A stretch of 63,987 nt of DNA, the filler included, from Choristocarpus tenellus KU-1152 (lineage: Eukaryota > Protista > Phaeophyceae), in assembly GCA_964200185.2 (NCBI GenBank). It is 9 parts of 9 records of this genome, joined end to end, with 100 filler letters (N's around TTAATTAATTAA, not from the genome) between each part and the next. Parts side by side here need not be neighbours in the genome. Positions count along the whole stretch, not along the records: positions 34,831 to 39,510 come from CAXNAD020013491.1; positions 39,611 to 51,112 come from CAXNAD020002284.1; positions 51,213 to 56,406 come from CAXNAD020011553.1; 6 more parts are not named here. One strand, 5' to 3'. Of the stretch, positions 37,333 through 51,284 are shown piece after piece (the stretch's first letter is position 1; each line of letters starts with the position of its first letter). The position numbers were made by a program, and so were the translations under genes. Under the pieces are notes generated by a model. The model was given only the letters and a program-made list of their open reading frames with translations, was not told the origin of the DNA and searched no databases.

Positions 37333-37591
37333 GAGCCAAGTCAATCCAGAGGTAGTCATGTTTGGACCGTTTTGCAATCTAAGTCATCTTTCTTATCCTG
37401 TGTGCAATGCACTCCGTTCCATTCCTTCTTGTGCATAATGGTGTATGCAAAATTGACATTACCCCTTTCCACACACAAAGTGACACCACAACAAAGCAAA
37501 TTCTCTTTCTGCAATTGTACGAAATGGAGTATTTTGCCCTTTGTTGGGACCTTCAAGATGCGATATTGCCACCTCTCAAATGGTATGACTC
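37333..37591. mobile_element. MITE family C (reverse orientation)
   Basis: 259 bp, GAGCC...GACTC ends, flanks act/att. Confidence 0.8.
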
Positions 37592-37599
37592 ATTGGTGC

Positions 37600-38300
37600 T
37601 ATGAAGGCGGTCTAGAAACCAGGAAAGAGTTCCACGAGTCTGCCAAGTTCCGTCTTGCCCACCGGTCTGATCCTCTTCAACTTGAAGGGAACGCGTAACA
37701 CACACAGAGAATGTTGTGTGTGATATTATTGATACATTTGTACCGGGCGTGCCTTCACTGTTCCTTGCCTATGAAGTACCCGAGTCACCCTACCCCCGAC
37801 TACTACCTGAGTTGCCACCTCACCCAGTTATGTTACTCTGCTGTTGTGTTCTTAAAACCCGAAGCTTTCCGCCACAAAGGTATTGAGGTTGAATCTACAA
37901 GGGTCGATAGATCCCTCAAAGTAGATGTGCTTGCGAGCCTCAGCCGCTGCATCACCAACATGATATTTGTTGGCGCGTGTTGTAGATGTCAGTTCGTTTG
38001 GACCTCTGCAAAGTCCTCATCCAGCAGTCCACCCTTTACACGGTAAGGAGTATTGAGTGTATTTAGACAGTAAATCGGGATGGAACACCAAATCCATACA
38101 GATATTCCAGTCAATTGCGAAGGGGCTTCTATCCTCCAGGGTGCAAGGGATGCCCATCCATCTGGAGATGCTGCCTAGATACCTGACCATAGGTGAGTGC
38201 TATCGCACTTGTCCTCCAGTCCTTTGGCATGTGTGTTAAGGGTACCTAGTGTCCACACCCTCTCTTCTGCATCAAGCTACCAGGCAGCAGTTGGACCATG
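37600..38300 (-). mobile_element. Degenerate CRE-like non-LTR retrotransposon 3' region (may extend to ~39130)
   Basis: CQRTGGQVR*H..GIPCTLE..MDLV, then AAAEARKH..SIDPCRFNLNTFVAESFG, resembling the zinc knuckle plus restriction-like endonuclease tail. A related fragment lies at 60232-60525. Confidence 0.6.
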
Positions 38301-41300
38301 CCTCCTCTCCACCTGAAGACGGTACAGTGTGAGGTAGAATTCTGGGAAAGTGATCCGCCTAGATGGGTCTCAAGGGGTTGAGTGCAACGTTTTAGATATA
38401 TATAACCAAGCAGGCCACTGGCTAATCCGCAAATTTCCTGTTCCTTTTCACCGACTTGGAAATCAGCACCTGGTGGAGCAGTATGACGCTATTCATTTAC
38501 CCCCGAATAGTACGAGTAATCCCATGTATACCGTCAACGGTTTTCTCTTCGTCATGTCATGCCCCTGACTAACAAGCCAAAACCCTACATGATACGCTGG
38601 TTGAGTGGTTCCATACATTGGTCCCTTGCTTGCAATAACTCCTATTATGCGCTCAAAACCATTGCAGAAGATCCCTTCCAGGTCTGGGATCTGTAGGTTT
38701 GCCACCCAGAGCAGAAGGCATCGAAGCTGATCCGGCTGGTGAGACAGAATATCTCATGCTGGGCCCATCTTGGTGTCCTTCTTTCAATATACACTATCAG
38801 GTTGTGGACTTCAGGGAGTTAGGCTGAAGGGACTGCAGCACCACACCCAGTGCAATTAGTCCTGGCCGATTATTGTGACCAGGTTCTCAGGAGGAGAGAC
38901 TCCTATTACATAGAGGATAATTTGGATTGGCAGTCCCACAGCCTGCAGGGTAGGGCTGGAGCAAAATAGCAACAGCGAATTCCTTCCCCAAGACTTCTTG
39001 CTGTCTTGTTACCCATAAGCACATTTAGGGGGTAGGAATTTGCTTGCAGCACATGCCATGCACGACAGGGAAGACGAGTATCCCTCAGGATCAGGGATAT
39101 TTGAGTTGTTGGCTTTGCAATCTGTAACCTCAGCAATCAATGTCCGTTAGCAATCTTGCACCATTTGCCCTCCTGTGCACTTATTGTTTCCCGTGAAACG
39201 AGGTCGCACACAACGTTCCAGAAATTGAGTTTATCCGCAATCAAATCAATCAACAAAAGCACTTGCGTGACCTATTTGATGTCACTCAAAATGAACAATT
39301 ATATAACGGTATCATTCAAGGTATATGTCGGTGCATGGGGTAAAGATTTCCCTTTTTCAGTGGATCGTCTGATGCGTGGAAAACGTTCTTGGTTATTTCT
39401 ATTTGTTTTTCACTTTAGTCTGGAACTTCCCCCCCACCTCCACTCTAACCAACCCCTACCTAGCCCTTCGACCCGTGGCCAGATGGTAGTGGGGGAGGGA
39501 AATGTCGTACNNNNNNNNNNNNNNNNNNNNNNNNNNNNNNNNNNNNNNNNNNNNTTAATTAATTAANNNNNNNNNNNNNNNNNNNNNNNNNNNNNNNNNN
39601 NNNNNNNNNNCTGTGTGGTCATGACTCAGGAAGAAAGGCACTTTTCGCAATAAATTTTTACGCGCGAGTCAAACTCGCGTGAATATCTCTGGGATTTTGT
39701 ACCAAGTCGCCCGAATACGAGAATTCCGGTGCAAAGACTATTTTTTTAGCATGTCGTAAAAGCGGTACAAAATGGGTTTGGTTCATAATATTTGGTATAA
39801 AATCGGGGTAGGTACTGTATACAAAAAATTGATTATAAAACAAAATTATCTATACTTCGCAGATTTTGATTTGATCCCATCTGTTGAAAACATGCTTGAC
39901 TCAATCCAAGAAATAATGGATGGGATGGTGATCACATCGATTATTGCTACACAATATCATACAACGCAACATCAACTAGTTAATCAACGACCACACATCT
40001 TCACATGTTAAATATCACATACAAGGACAGAGGATCAAAGTTGCAGGTTTGGTCACACAGACACCTCCACCCAAACACCGCATGGTTCAACTTTGATTTT
40101 AAGTTGCTGAATCAAACATCCAACAACCGCAAACCATTCCATTCAACAGTCGTACATTTAAACACAAGTCCAAAATGGAGGCACGTATGCATCAATTTGC
40201 ATTCTTCATAGGTAACAGTGTAATGATATTACACTGGTCGAAGTCTTGCGTGCTGAAGTGGTACTAGTAGCTTCGCCCTCTGTGGCGATCTTGTTTTTTT
40301 CACTGTATCACCACGAGAGTTATAGAACAATATATATCAAATGAAAGCGTATGACAAGAGATTTTGAGGGTTCTATTTATGAATGTCCAGACTTTGGGGA
40401 ACGAGAGCTATGTCCCGAATAAATAACGGAAAAAACGCGAGGGAACATCTCCGGCGCAATTTTGAAGGTCACGACTTCAAAAGATACAATAATGAAGTGG
40501 TTGGTTGAACTCCTTGTAGAAAACTGGTCCAGGGTAGGTTGCTGCCCAATTTTGTCTATTGTAGCGATACTGAGAAAAAAAAACATTTTCGGACATATTT
40601 TTTGCGCCATTTGCAGACTTTCTATGAGCACACACACGCGTGATGCACACAGCAACATGAACCACGACGGTGAGACAAGGAGAGTGGTCGAGGTCACTCT
40701 GCCCTCTGGATCTACCTTCGGCACCTTCTCTGTCGAGAGACGACAGAAAAGCAAGTACCTTGTGACACTCAATGCGATGTTAGGTGACCAGGAAGTGCGA
40801 GTATTGTGATGCAGCAGCATGATCAAGTCACGCAATGGATCACGTGGCTGCAACACTGATGCTGAGAGAAGATGTATTGAAAGCACTGCTCTGCAGTCTC
40901 TGCCGCATTGGGAAAGCAGGAAGAGAGCGGCGAGTTCATCACCAGGTGGTACAGCGATGAAGTCTGTGGGGAAGCCTGGTCACGGCGGGCAAAGGGAGAA
41001 TTGTTGAAATATTCCACACTGGACCCGCGGCTGTGTGCCTTGATAGAGGACAATATATGGCTTGGTGTAGAAATAAAATATTAATGTTACAAGGGTCTGT
41101 TGGTCTCAATTCCACCGACTGAAGTTGTAGGGTGAGACAGGTGTAGATTATCATTACTATTCCTAAAGTGTGGGGTCTGCAATCGTCCACACTAATTTAC
41201 TATGAATAATTTATTTACTTGTCTACAGTATAGCAACTGTATCTTGAACATGACACAAATCAGTGGACACTAATGAGTAAATACATATTGTATATCTATC

Positions 41301-41899
41301 ACTACCTCTCCATCCAATTATCTAATCCACTGGTGGTGTCTATAGTGTATCAGCAGCACTACCAACGAACAAGAACTGGGGTGGCCGCCCGAAGGGAAGG
41401 TTGGGGAAGAGAGCAGTGTGACTGCGTGCCATTGCACTCTGGAAACGCCTAAGCAAAAACCAGGGTAGAATATCTTCGTAGTTGACAGTTGCAGCAGGTT
41501 CTGCCTGTTTGGAAGCTATGTGCGCCAGAGTGACTGAAAGAAACGAGAAAGGTGTTAGGGTTGGGTTACAAGGGCTCTGAAACCCGAATGAAGGTCGAAA
41601 GGGTTCGCAAGGCAGAGGAGAAAGCGATTGTAACAAAGGCAGCTGTGGAGACTTTTTGATACCACCAAATCCTTTGCTTAGAAGAGGTCGCGAAGCAGGT
41701 GGAGGTAGCCATCGACGAGGACGCCAGGGAAGAAGAGGTGAGATTGAGACTATGTGCACACCAATGGTTTGGTGTTTCCCACTTCTTGCAATATGCTGTA
41801 CATTCGCTTTTGTTCTTAGACTTGGGGTTGGACGTATAAAGTTGAATAAGGCTTTCTTCCTGCGTGCATTCATTCGAGACATCAACATAATTTTCGGTT

Positions 41900-42230
41900 A
41901 ACTCAAGCCTGTCATCCCTCGCCCTTGCGCCTTGATAAAATATCACTGGCCCAGGAATTCTTTACCTGTGTAAGAATGATAGGAAAGACCGTAGAACGGC
42001 GCTTGAGATGGCAGCAGGATATGCGGTGGTCAGGTCGGAAACTGTGAGTAAACGGGAGAGAGACTTCCTAACTAAGGGCCACATCAAGGTGTCGGAGCAA
42101 GGGTGCTACGAGAGGCGTTTCGTTCTGGGCCTCGACAAGGATATCCTTGTGAAGGTCAAAGAGTGGGTGCGCGAACACACAGGAAGAAAGGGTGGGGAGA
42201 CTTTTTTCCCACCTACACCCTATACTTCAA
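41900..42230 (+). mobile_element. Possible N-terminal fragment of an IS630/Tc1-like transposase
   Basis: ETV..RDFLTKGHIKVSEQG...DKDILVKVKEWVRE resembles N-terminal segments of such transposases. No DDE domain seen. Confidence 0.3.
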
Positions 42231-42882
42231 TTAAGTCACACTACATCTGTTGGCACCTACAGTCCCGGGTTCGAACCCCAATATGAGCGATCTATCTTCA
42301 AAAAAGAAAAATATGGCGAAAAAACTCGAAGCCCGTATTCTGGAGGGCATTGTGACGGGCATCACGAATATGCTTTTATTTTTTAATCCAATGTCAAGTT
42401 ATGACGGGATAACCCTAGAGGTACTGATTATAGTAACCAAACACTCATATAAATATATCTATGGTATATATAACAGTAAAATTCATATATAACCGTAATT
42501 CCAACCCTAACCCTAAGAACCCCCCAAATACAGTAAAAAATAGTACAAGAAGACGATATATTTATATTAATTTAAGGCTCTGGTGGTTAGTTTGGCATCA
42601 TTAATTTGTGTTTGACTTTTTTTAATTACATTGTCAATCACAGAATTATATCCTACCTCACCCCTTTTAATCCATTCATCTATATTGGTTCCATGGGATG
42701 GGATCATAAGTTGATGTGATGAGCACCAACCACTAAATGATAAATGACAGTGGTAGTGTAGAAATCCAACAGAAAATTAATATATCATTTTCTCTATTTT
42801 TCAATTTTGTTTATTCTTTTGTTGGTGATACACACCTCTTTAGTGGTGTTTTGATCCGTTCAAGCAAGTTCTTGTCGTTGTG

Positions 42883-45151
42883 ATGTCGTCGCCTGGAAGT
42901 GTCGATGGCGATGAGCGGGGTTCTGCCATAACAAGTGGAGGTGGTCTGAACGAGGACAACAGCGCCCTTCTGGATGGAAAGCATCGGCGTACCATGACAG
43001 CAGAGGAGAAGACTGTGTATGAAAGAGAACGGAACAGACTCCATGCTAGAAATACAAGAGCGAGGAAGAGGCAGTATGTAGAAGAGCTCAAGGAGAGAGT
43101 TGAGAACCTTCAAGAACAAAAGGTATATCCTGCCCCGCTGTGTGCGTGCACCTGAATGGAATATCTGGTCAGTCCATGCTGCAAGTGTTACTTTTGAGTT
43201 TTGATGCTTGGATGGAGGTGTGAGTTTTCTATGAAAGCGTAAAAGAAGTGCCAGGTTAAAGGTACCGTCCTCTCATGAAGCAGGGTTCCTGCAGGTTCGA
43301 GTAAGGATTATCCAGTGATTTGTTACGGGGACGTTGTAGTCTATGAGGCGCGTTTCTGATGCTTCATTTCGTGTGATGCGGTATGTCGCTCATCCTTGAT
43401 GTTGTCGGGGGATGTATCCCCGTCTCGGTCATATGTAGATTTATCCAGCACTCGCCTCATAAAACCAGACTTTCGTGTTATTGCGTCAATTCAAAAGTTG
43501 AAGGCGGAATGTTTGAGGGTGGAGAAACGGCAGAGGGCTGCAGATAAAAAGAAGTGTTGGGAGGACATGCTACGTCGCGTCCTCCAGCTCCGATGCAAAG
43601 GCGTGGTGGATGAGAATGCCTGGCGAGAGGTGAAACTATGAAGTATTTGGATACTAGGAAGAAAGTAAGAGGACACCTGCAGTTAATGTGGAACAAAATA
43701 ATATGCTTTCCCCTTTACCCTTTTCCCCCAAATGGTCAATCCCTTCGCTCAAGGGCGTTGGTGCTTTGTCGCTGGTGCTATCAGTCCATAGATCTTCCAC
43801 CGCTCATGCTTTGTGACAAATGTAGCCCCCAATTGTCATTACTCCCTTGTAATCGTCTCTGTGATCCCTCTGGCCCTCAATTCAAACCTGGTACCGCACA
43901 TCATATCACACATCCTATGACCCAGGCCCCAATCCCGTCTATCTTGTGTCAAAAAACCCTCGACGTGTTGAAATCTCTTTGTGGTGCTAAGGTTCTTTCT
44001 GAGACATTCCGGCTCACTCTACCTTTGACACCATACCGATCCAGCAACCCCTGCGACACTGTGGAGCACCGACGTGTGCTGATAGGCGTGGATGGCATGA
44101 TATCCGACACCATGTCCCTCACGGTAAAAAAAGGATTACATGTATTTTGTTCCTGGATTTTCGTTTGGGAAAACTTTGATGGGTGACTTGATAAACCTGT
44201 TCACTCCAAGCCCTGCACTGTTGTGTAGTTAGTATCATTATAGGATGCCACTATTTCTTTCTTTCAAGCATTGTGCACACATGTGCACCTTGCCAACCAA
44301 TATGCACCTGCAGGAATATACCCCTTACCCCTGTACTGTTCTTTCATTGTCCAAGTTCACGGTGGAGAGCTGCTCTGCATTTAAGGGGGATAGGAGATGT
44401 AAAAAGTGGGATGAATGGTAGGCAGGGGTTGTTGAGAAGAAAGGTAGAGCGTCACTTCAAAGGTGGTGTATCACTTTTTTCTTGTGATAATTTTAGTTCA
44501 CTGCCTGCAATGTGGAAGCCCAGCAATGGTAGAATTAGGGCCTTGTCTTCATTAACCAGTCACTATAAAAGAGTTTTCTAGAAAATCGTATCAAAAGTAA
44601 GATTTTTGAAAGGGAGAACTGCTTTACAGTTCATGCAATTCAACTCTACCTCTTTGACAAAAGCTGAAACCTGATGGGAACTTAATATAAAGCACAGGTT
44701 TTTGGTGCGACTTCCTTTAGTAGACATCAGATTTTGAAGACCATATTCGATTGAAGGATAAATTTGTATAAAATCAATTCTTGCAGCAGTGGTCCTATCC
44801 CCCCCCCCTCTCCTCCCTCTGGTACTGCCCCTTTCTAACCCTAACCCTTTACTGATGGAGCAGAAAATGTGCATGGATCTGGCTGAGAGGTGTAGTAAGA
44901 GCAAGGGTGATGCTCCTGGAACTAAGGGAATATCTGAAGGAGAAGGTCGAGGAGAAAGTGCAACAGGACCTGGGAGAGGGGCAGGTGGTGGTGGTGGGGC
45001 AGGTACAGGGGAAGGATCAGGGGCAGGGGCAGGGGATGATGGCTGCAAGCGAGTACATATTGAATACCTTACAGGCACCGATGACTTTCTTTTCAGCGGG
45101 GACGAGGGTATTATGTGTACATTCATCATGCGCACCACCGATGCCAAGTGA
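42883..45151 (+). CDS. bZIP transcription factor (stramenopile-type), multi-exon
   Basis: Exon 42883-43122 has the basic region and zipper RERNRLHARNTRARKRQYVEELKERVENL. Further exons ~43504-43629, 43992-44123 (FRLTLPLTPYRS..GVDGMISD) and ~44864-45148. The 3' end is uncertain. Confidence 0.85.
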
Positions 45152-48100
45152 GGAGGCGGATTGATTCTTTTGCTTTTGTTTGCTTAGTTCCTCTGCTTTC
45201 TTACTGCTGGCCCTTGTTTGTTTAGCCCTAGACGAGAATCCCTGATTCTTGTTTTTAAATAAAGGGATTATTAACATGCAAGAAAAGTTTTTGTCGACAT
45301 CTGTAATACTCTGGTGTATAGTTATTATAATCAAATGATTGTTTAGAGAGTGCTCATAATATCAAATAATTGTTTTAACAAGGTGTTGACATACAGCTAG
45401 TGCGCCTCTACTAGGGTATTAGTGCTCCATGCGAAAAAATTGCCAAGGTGATATGGTTGTTTGACATACTTCAATACCTCAATACCTTGGCAGTGTCATG
45501 AAGCTCCATGGATTGATTCAGATAGTTCCCTGCCCTGGTCTTTGATTTCATCGTGGTACTGAGATGCCACTGTGTACCCGAGGAAGTGGTTCTTGCATGG
45601 TTCCATCGCCCTAGCATCTCAAATGTCTCGACAAGATTGGAGGTCATGGGTTTCAGCCATGGAGGGACTCTTCTTTCCTACCTACTCTCTTCATTGTTGA
45701 GAGGACGGAGGTACTTTGTATCCCTAGAGTGGCTGTGGACAGGGTCCTGGAGATTACGTAGTGCCGTGCGAAAGGAAGAAGACAATAGATGACCGAGGTG
45801 ACCGAGTTGGTGAAGAAAGGAGACCTTTAGAGGTGGACTGACAACACACCGAATAGGTTGCGTACTGAAGATGTCACTGCAATGCTGGGGCAGGTGTCTC
45901 ACACATGGGGTGAATACCCTGGTGATGCATTATCTCAAATGTGTTGATAAGTGCGACCCAGATGAAAGTAATGAGACTGTCTTGCGAATTGTACTTGCGT
46001 CCCCTCTCTCGGGCTTCCAAGACTGGGCGGCATGCCCCCCCCTTTAGGTGTGCAGGGTCAGTGCGATGCCTGGGTGTTGTACGTACTTGTCCTTTCAGTT
46101 TGGTATCGGTGCCATTAAGGGATATGGTTATGTCCTTTGTGGATGTAAGGGTTGTTTTGCCTGCGATGGTGTGTGACTTTGGGCCATGCAGCCCACCCCC
46201 CCCCCCCCCCCCCGCCTCTTGTATTAACTATCAACTACGTCTTTTACTGGTGGGTGAGTTAGGGTGNNNNNNNNNNTTTTTTCTTTTTGGCTTGCTTGGT
46301 TTTTTTGCCTTTCGTGTTTTGGTTTATTTGTGATATCAACCCCCCCCCCCCCCCCCTTACTGAGAATTATTTAACTCCAACGTGTGTATAGTGCAGTGGA
46401 GACATCGGCGGTGTTTGTGATTGGGGCGGGGCGCCAGGAGTGGCATCCTGTCTAGTTGTGTGTGGAAACACAATTTTTTAGTGACAGGATTGTTGCTGTT
46501 GGGGTCATGGTTAGGGTTAGGGTTAGGACCCGTGGTCGTGCTATGCTGCTCCGAGTCAGATGCACTTGTAGTTTGGGAAGCACTATCCCTATTCAGTACC
46601 ATAACTGTCATGAAGATTTTTCTGGTCAGGGACTCCGACAGAAATACAGCCTGGGTTGAAGCTCCTTCCGCTTCCAACTTCCGTGTGGTTCTTGTTCCAT
46701 GTGGTTCCAGTGGGTTTGTGTTATATGGTTGGTTGGGTTAGTCTCACGTCAGGGTAGACCGCGTCCAAGGTTTAGAACACATAGGTGTTGTTGGGAGGTT
46801 TCCATCTTATTTAACTTATGTTGTTTGTAGCCTGAGATACTGTGTTGGTTGGCTACTTTCTTCCTTGAGTGTTGTTATTATTATTATAATTATAATTATA
46901 ATTGTTTGTCACCATACAAGTGTGTGAGAAATCCCAGACCTGCGATCAAAAAGAAAGTTCAAAGACGGCAAATTGTGCTGCTTGAGAAAAAAAGGCATGG
47001 GGGGGGGGGGGGGGGGTGAAAGACAGGTTGGAGGTCAGAGAGGGACTGTACGAAAAAAGAAAAAACAGAGCAGTGGAAGGAGAAATAAATAAAAGAGAAG
47101 AAAATAAAATGACAGCAAAGAACATACTTAATGCTCCCTACCAAACACAGGTGCTAGCTGAAGTTCCTCCACAGTATGTCCTTGAGATATACTCTTTTTA
47201 TATCGTATACATTTTTTTTTTCCCCTGTCTGTAGATAAGTTCAAGAAATGTCAAAAGTCCATTCCCCCCTGGGTTGATAAGACTCCCTTCTTCATGTTGT
47301 GGGCAGGGGTGCGCTCTAGGTCTTCTCTTGACTGTGCCAGATAGTATCCATTAGCTGACACTATATGGTCAATGATTGTCTTACCCATCATTGCATTCGT
47401 TGGACGACATGTAGTACATAGTATGTTTACCCAGGCGACAGACAGCATGGGGCAAATTTCCTCCAGAGCTGACACGCATGTACTAAGATCAGACAGACAG
47501 GGTGTTCCTCCCGGTGTTACTGTTTAAAGATTACAAAAACTATTTGCTCGCAGTGTCTTGTCAATGATGTCAGGTAGGGTGCCTCTTTTGCCGAGAATAA
47601 GAGAAGACAATGCGAAGGCTCTCATTGCAGTGTTCACTCGAGTCGCAGAAAAGAATCACCCATTAGAGTTAGGGTTAGGGTTAGGGTTAGTTTTAGGGTC
47701 ACAGTGTAAGGTGCAGTGCTTTCCTGATGTGTTTTGTCTGTGCCATGCGTGTGGGGGGTATGGAGGTAACTCTCCTTTGTCGACTGCAGTGTGACAGAGA
47801 TGTGATCTGCTCTGTGATAGGAACCATGAGAAGGGGTGTGCACTGCTTTGTGCAAGAGTAGGAAGTGGAAGGAATCGATGGAAGGAATGGAGGTGGAGAA
47901 CGTGATGCGACAAGTCTCTTTAAACTTTAAATCTTAATGGTGCTGCGACACTTCAATCCACTGAGGGGGGGGGGGTGGTGATCCTCATCGGGGGAGGGTT
48001 GAAGGGCGTTGGCCACTTCCCCGTATCCCAGGTTCCAGCAAGCAGTGACTGCAGCTGTAGGTTGATGGGTAATGGATGATTCGAAGTGACCTAGAGATGT

Positions 48101-51034
48101 GTGTACAACTAATGTGTGTGTGTGTGTGTTTGTTTTGACCGTTTTTTTTTTGTAATTAAAAAAAACTTTTATGCAAGGAAGAGGAAGACATTCGAAAAAG
48201 GGTCTCGATGAGGATGAGTTGCTTTTTACGATTTGAAATATGTTCACCAAACAGCAACAAACAAGATGCAGTTGCATAGCTGTGGTGGACTGACTTTGCT
48301 CTTCAAAACCATACGTGCCATCGGAATGTTGGAGGGACCCGTGAAAATCGGCAGCAACACACCTCTCTCTCGGGTGATTAGGCTCTTCACTTTACCATGG
48401 CACGATTTAGGTCTCGGTAACAGTTTGAATTATGTGTGGATGGTGATTGGCCACCACATTGTCGCAGGTCCTTTTACATCTATTTCCACGGTGTAGTATT
48501 ATTTCTTGTCTAGCAGGTTGAAGTGAGCGCATTGTCACACTGCCTTTTGACCGCAGTAGGACTAATTTTGGATACACTGCTGTCATTGTCCCATGTGATG
48601 TCGAGATGATGTGAGACCTGCTTATTTCTGAGGCAGGCAAGTCCTGTTGTATGCTTTCGTGATAGACGGTGGGGTCTCAACCGCCTCTTTTGTGTGTGTA
48701 GACACTGTAGACACTGTGGGGGCGCCGCTATGGGGGTAACGAAGTCGTTATTTCTTTTTGTTTTGTGGAATGAGAACCGTTTTTGTGCACGATTTGCTGT
48801 CGAGTGTCTGAAGAGATGGTTGGGGGATGTCTCACGCCATGTTCAATGAGGAAAACCGATGGTTGTGTCAAGGGATGGGAAATGAAGGCTATTGCCGTCT
48901 TCGTTTGCACTCTGCTGTCTAGTTTTCCTAGAGAGGTGTGACATGGAGTGATCTTGTTGTTGATGAAGTAGTGTAATCTGGAGCAATAATCATGCAGTAG
49001 TAACATTTGATGGGGGGGAAGGGACATGGAATGATAAGTCCCGTGTCTGTTACACTGACGAGATACACCACATGTTGCTTTCAGGTGGTGATAAGATCCA
49101 TCTGTCTTGGTGGCTCCCATTCCCCTTTTAATATTGCATGGCATTGTATACAATGAGTTGAACTGTTCTTGTCATTATTCAGCTCCTCCTATATATAGAG
49201 AGAGAGCTCTTGAGCTACTCACAATAAACTGCTAGGTTTGTGCACCTTGTGCAAATGCATCATCAGTCACATAACACAGCATGATGCAACGCAATAGAGT
49301 GTTATGTTGAGTGTTCTCGTAGACAATGGGTGTTGCAGAGCGAATGAGTTCGAGCGTTGCCTCGACAGGGGAGGCTAAAGATGCCCCCAAAGTGTTGTGT
49401 TGTGTTGTGTTAGTTGGTGTAGAGACCCAATAGAAAAGAGTGCAACAGTTGATGCGCGATCGCAGATTTGTTAATGAAAAAGTTCTTACGAAGGCGTCTG
49501 TAGGGTGTTTTTTTTTTAATCGATTTTCTCGTGACGGTTAGGTCTTCTAGCAAATTGGCATGGGTGTGTGTGTGAAATTGGTCTTAGTATTGAACTTACT
49601 TTTGAAAAAAGTAACTGCTTTTTGAATCTCTCCTGGTCTGTCTTGCGTTAGACTGTGTTATGGCCGTTCACCTTTTAAACAACACTCTACATGGCATTGT
49701 CGTGTGTGCTGTTTGTGTGTTGTTTGTGTTTAGTGATTTGAGGTGTTTTGACCCATAGTGATTCCCAAAAGAAGGAGGATGATGGTACGTGTTTTATTGA
49801 GGAATTTGTCCCTGAGCATCTGCTCTGGACGATAGGGGTCGTAACGGATATGACAGAGCTGATGACCCCAAGTGTAGCCTAACTGTACTGAATAATAAAA
49901 ATAATAAATCTGGCAATAAGATTTTCGTTCCTCATCATGTACTAAGGTGGGGCTTGCCTGCGTTCAAATTGAGCTTTCGAGGTCTAGGTGTTTATTTATG
50001 TGTGTGCAATAGACGCATCCCAATATATGGGTGACCCCTATCAATTCAAACGGTACAATGTTTTGATGTGGGTACTCGATACATGTATCAGCCTATGCAG
50101 GCCTCAGTTATTTTCTTGGGATGTTGGAACTCCACCACGGCACAATGTGTTAGCCACTCTCCCTCTGCACCTCTTGGTCAAAGTGTGCTGTAGTGTGTCA
50201 TTAACTTGTAAGATGGTGTGTCATAATCTTCTTCTTGTCTTAGTGTGCTGTCCCGCTGCTAAACTTTGGGCACTTTGTTCTCAAGTCACTCTAGGGAACA
50301 ACACATATTTTTGGAGAGTTTGTGTTTGAGAGATTGACTTCAGTCCGTTTCTTTTTATGTTGTTTGTGACTTGTGGGCTTTGCAGACACTGACTAGGATT
50401 TGAGAGTCATGGACATGTCTTGTTGCCATTAGTATGCCTTGAGAGGCGTCGGAATGTGGTGCTGGTGTGGCCCAATCACGATGCATTCATTCCTCTCTGC
50501 CGTGGAGTGTTTTTTTATCTTTGCTTTTCTAAATTGTGCTGTGGACAGAACCATCAAGTGAAAGAATACTGCAAGAATCAAAATCCTTCAGTAGATTATA
50601 CTGATGGTATTAGCCTAGAGCTTACTGATTGAAGATTTAATCTTAGAGGATCAAATATGGAGGCATTACTTAGATCAAATCTTGAAACCTAGGTTCAGGG
50701 TGTTTCTATTAAGGAAAAAGTAGCGGAGATAGAATCTATAATTCACAAAAATTAAATCAATAATATATTAATTACTGAGTATTTAAAGCAGTTTGAGGAG
50801 TTCATTATAAAATAAACTATATATTGTCTTTTTGTTAGAATGAGATTGTGGGTAATAAATATAAGAATTGTAAATATGAGGTTGAGGGCTTGAGTTTTTG
50901 TAGTGTTTAACTGGTGGGAACATGTTCGCAACCTGGATACGTTGCAAGAGTAGTGTGAAGTAGACATGGGGTCAAATCGAAGTACTTTACCACATCTGCG
51001 ATCCCTCCTATGTCAAATGTATATACTTGATCCT

Positions 51035-51077
<43 letters not shown>

Positions 51078-51284
51078 TCCCTCCCCTCTCGCTCCCTCCC
51101 CTGCTCCCCCTGNNNNNNNNNNNNNNNNNNNNNNNNNNNNNNNNNNNNNNNNNNNNTTAATTAATTAANNNNNNNNNNNNNNNNNNNNNNNNNNNNNNNN
51201 NNNNNNNNNNNNCCCCCCCCCAAGATACTTTGACCCATAAAACAGATTCTTAAATACTGTCAACAGTCTCTTCTCCACCTATTA

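Noticed and set aside
39655-39690. Small GC hairpin cgcgagt-caa-actcgcg near a contig start
   Set aside because: Isolated 7-bp stem with no supporting Helitron end or other context.
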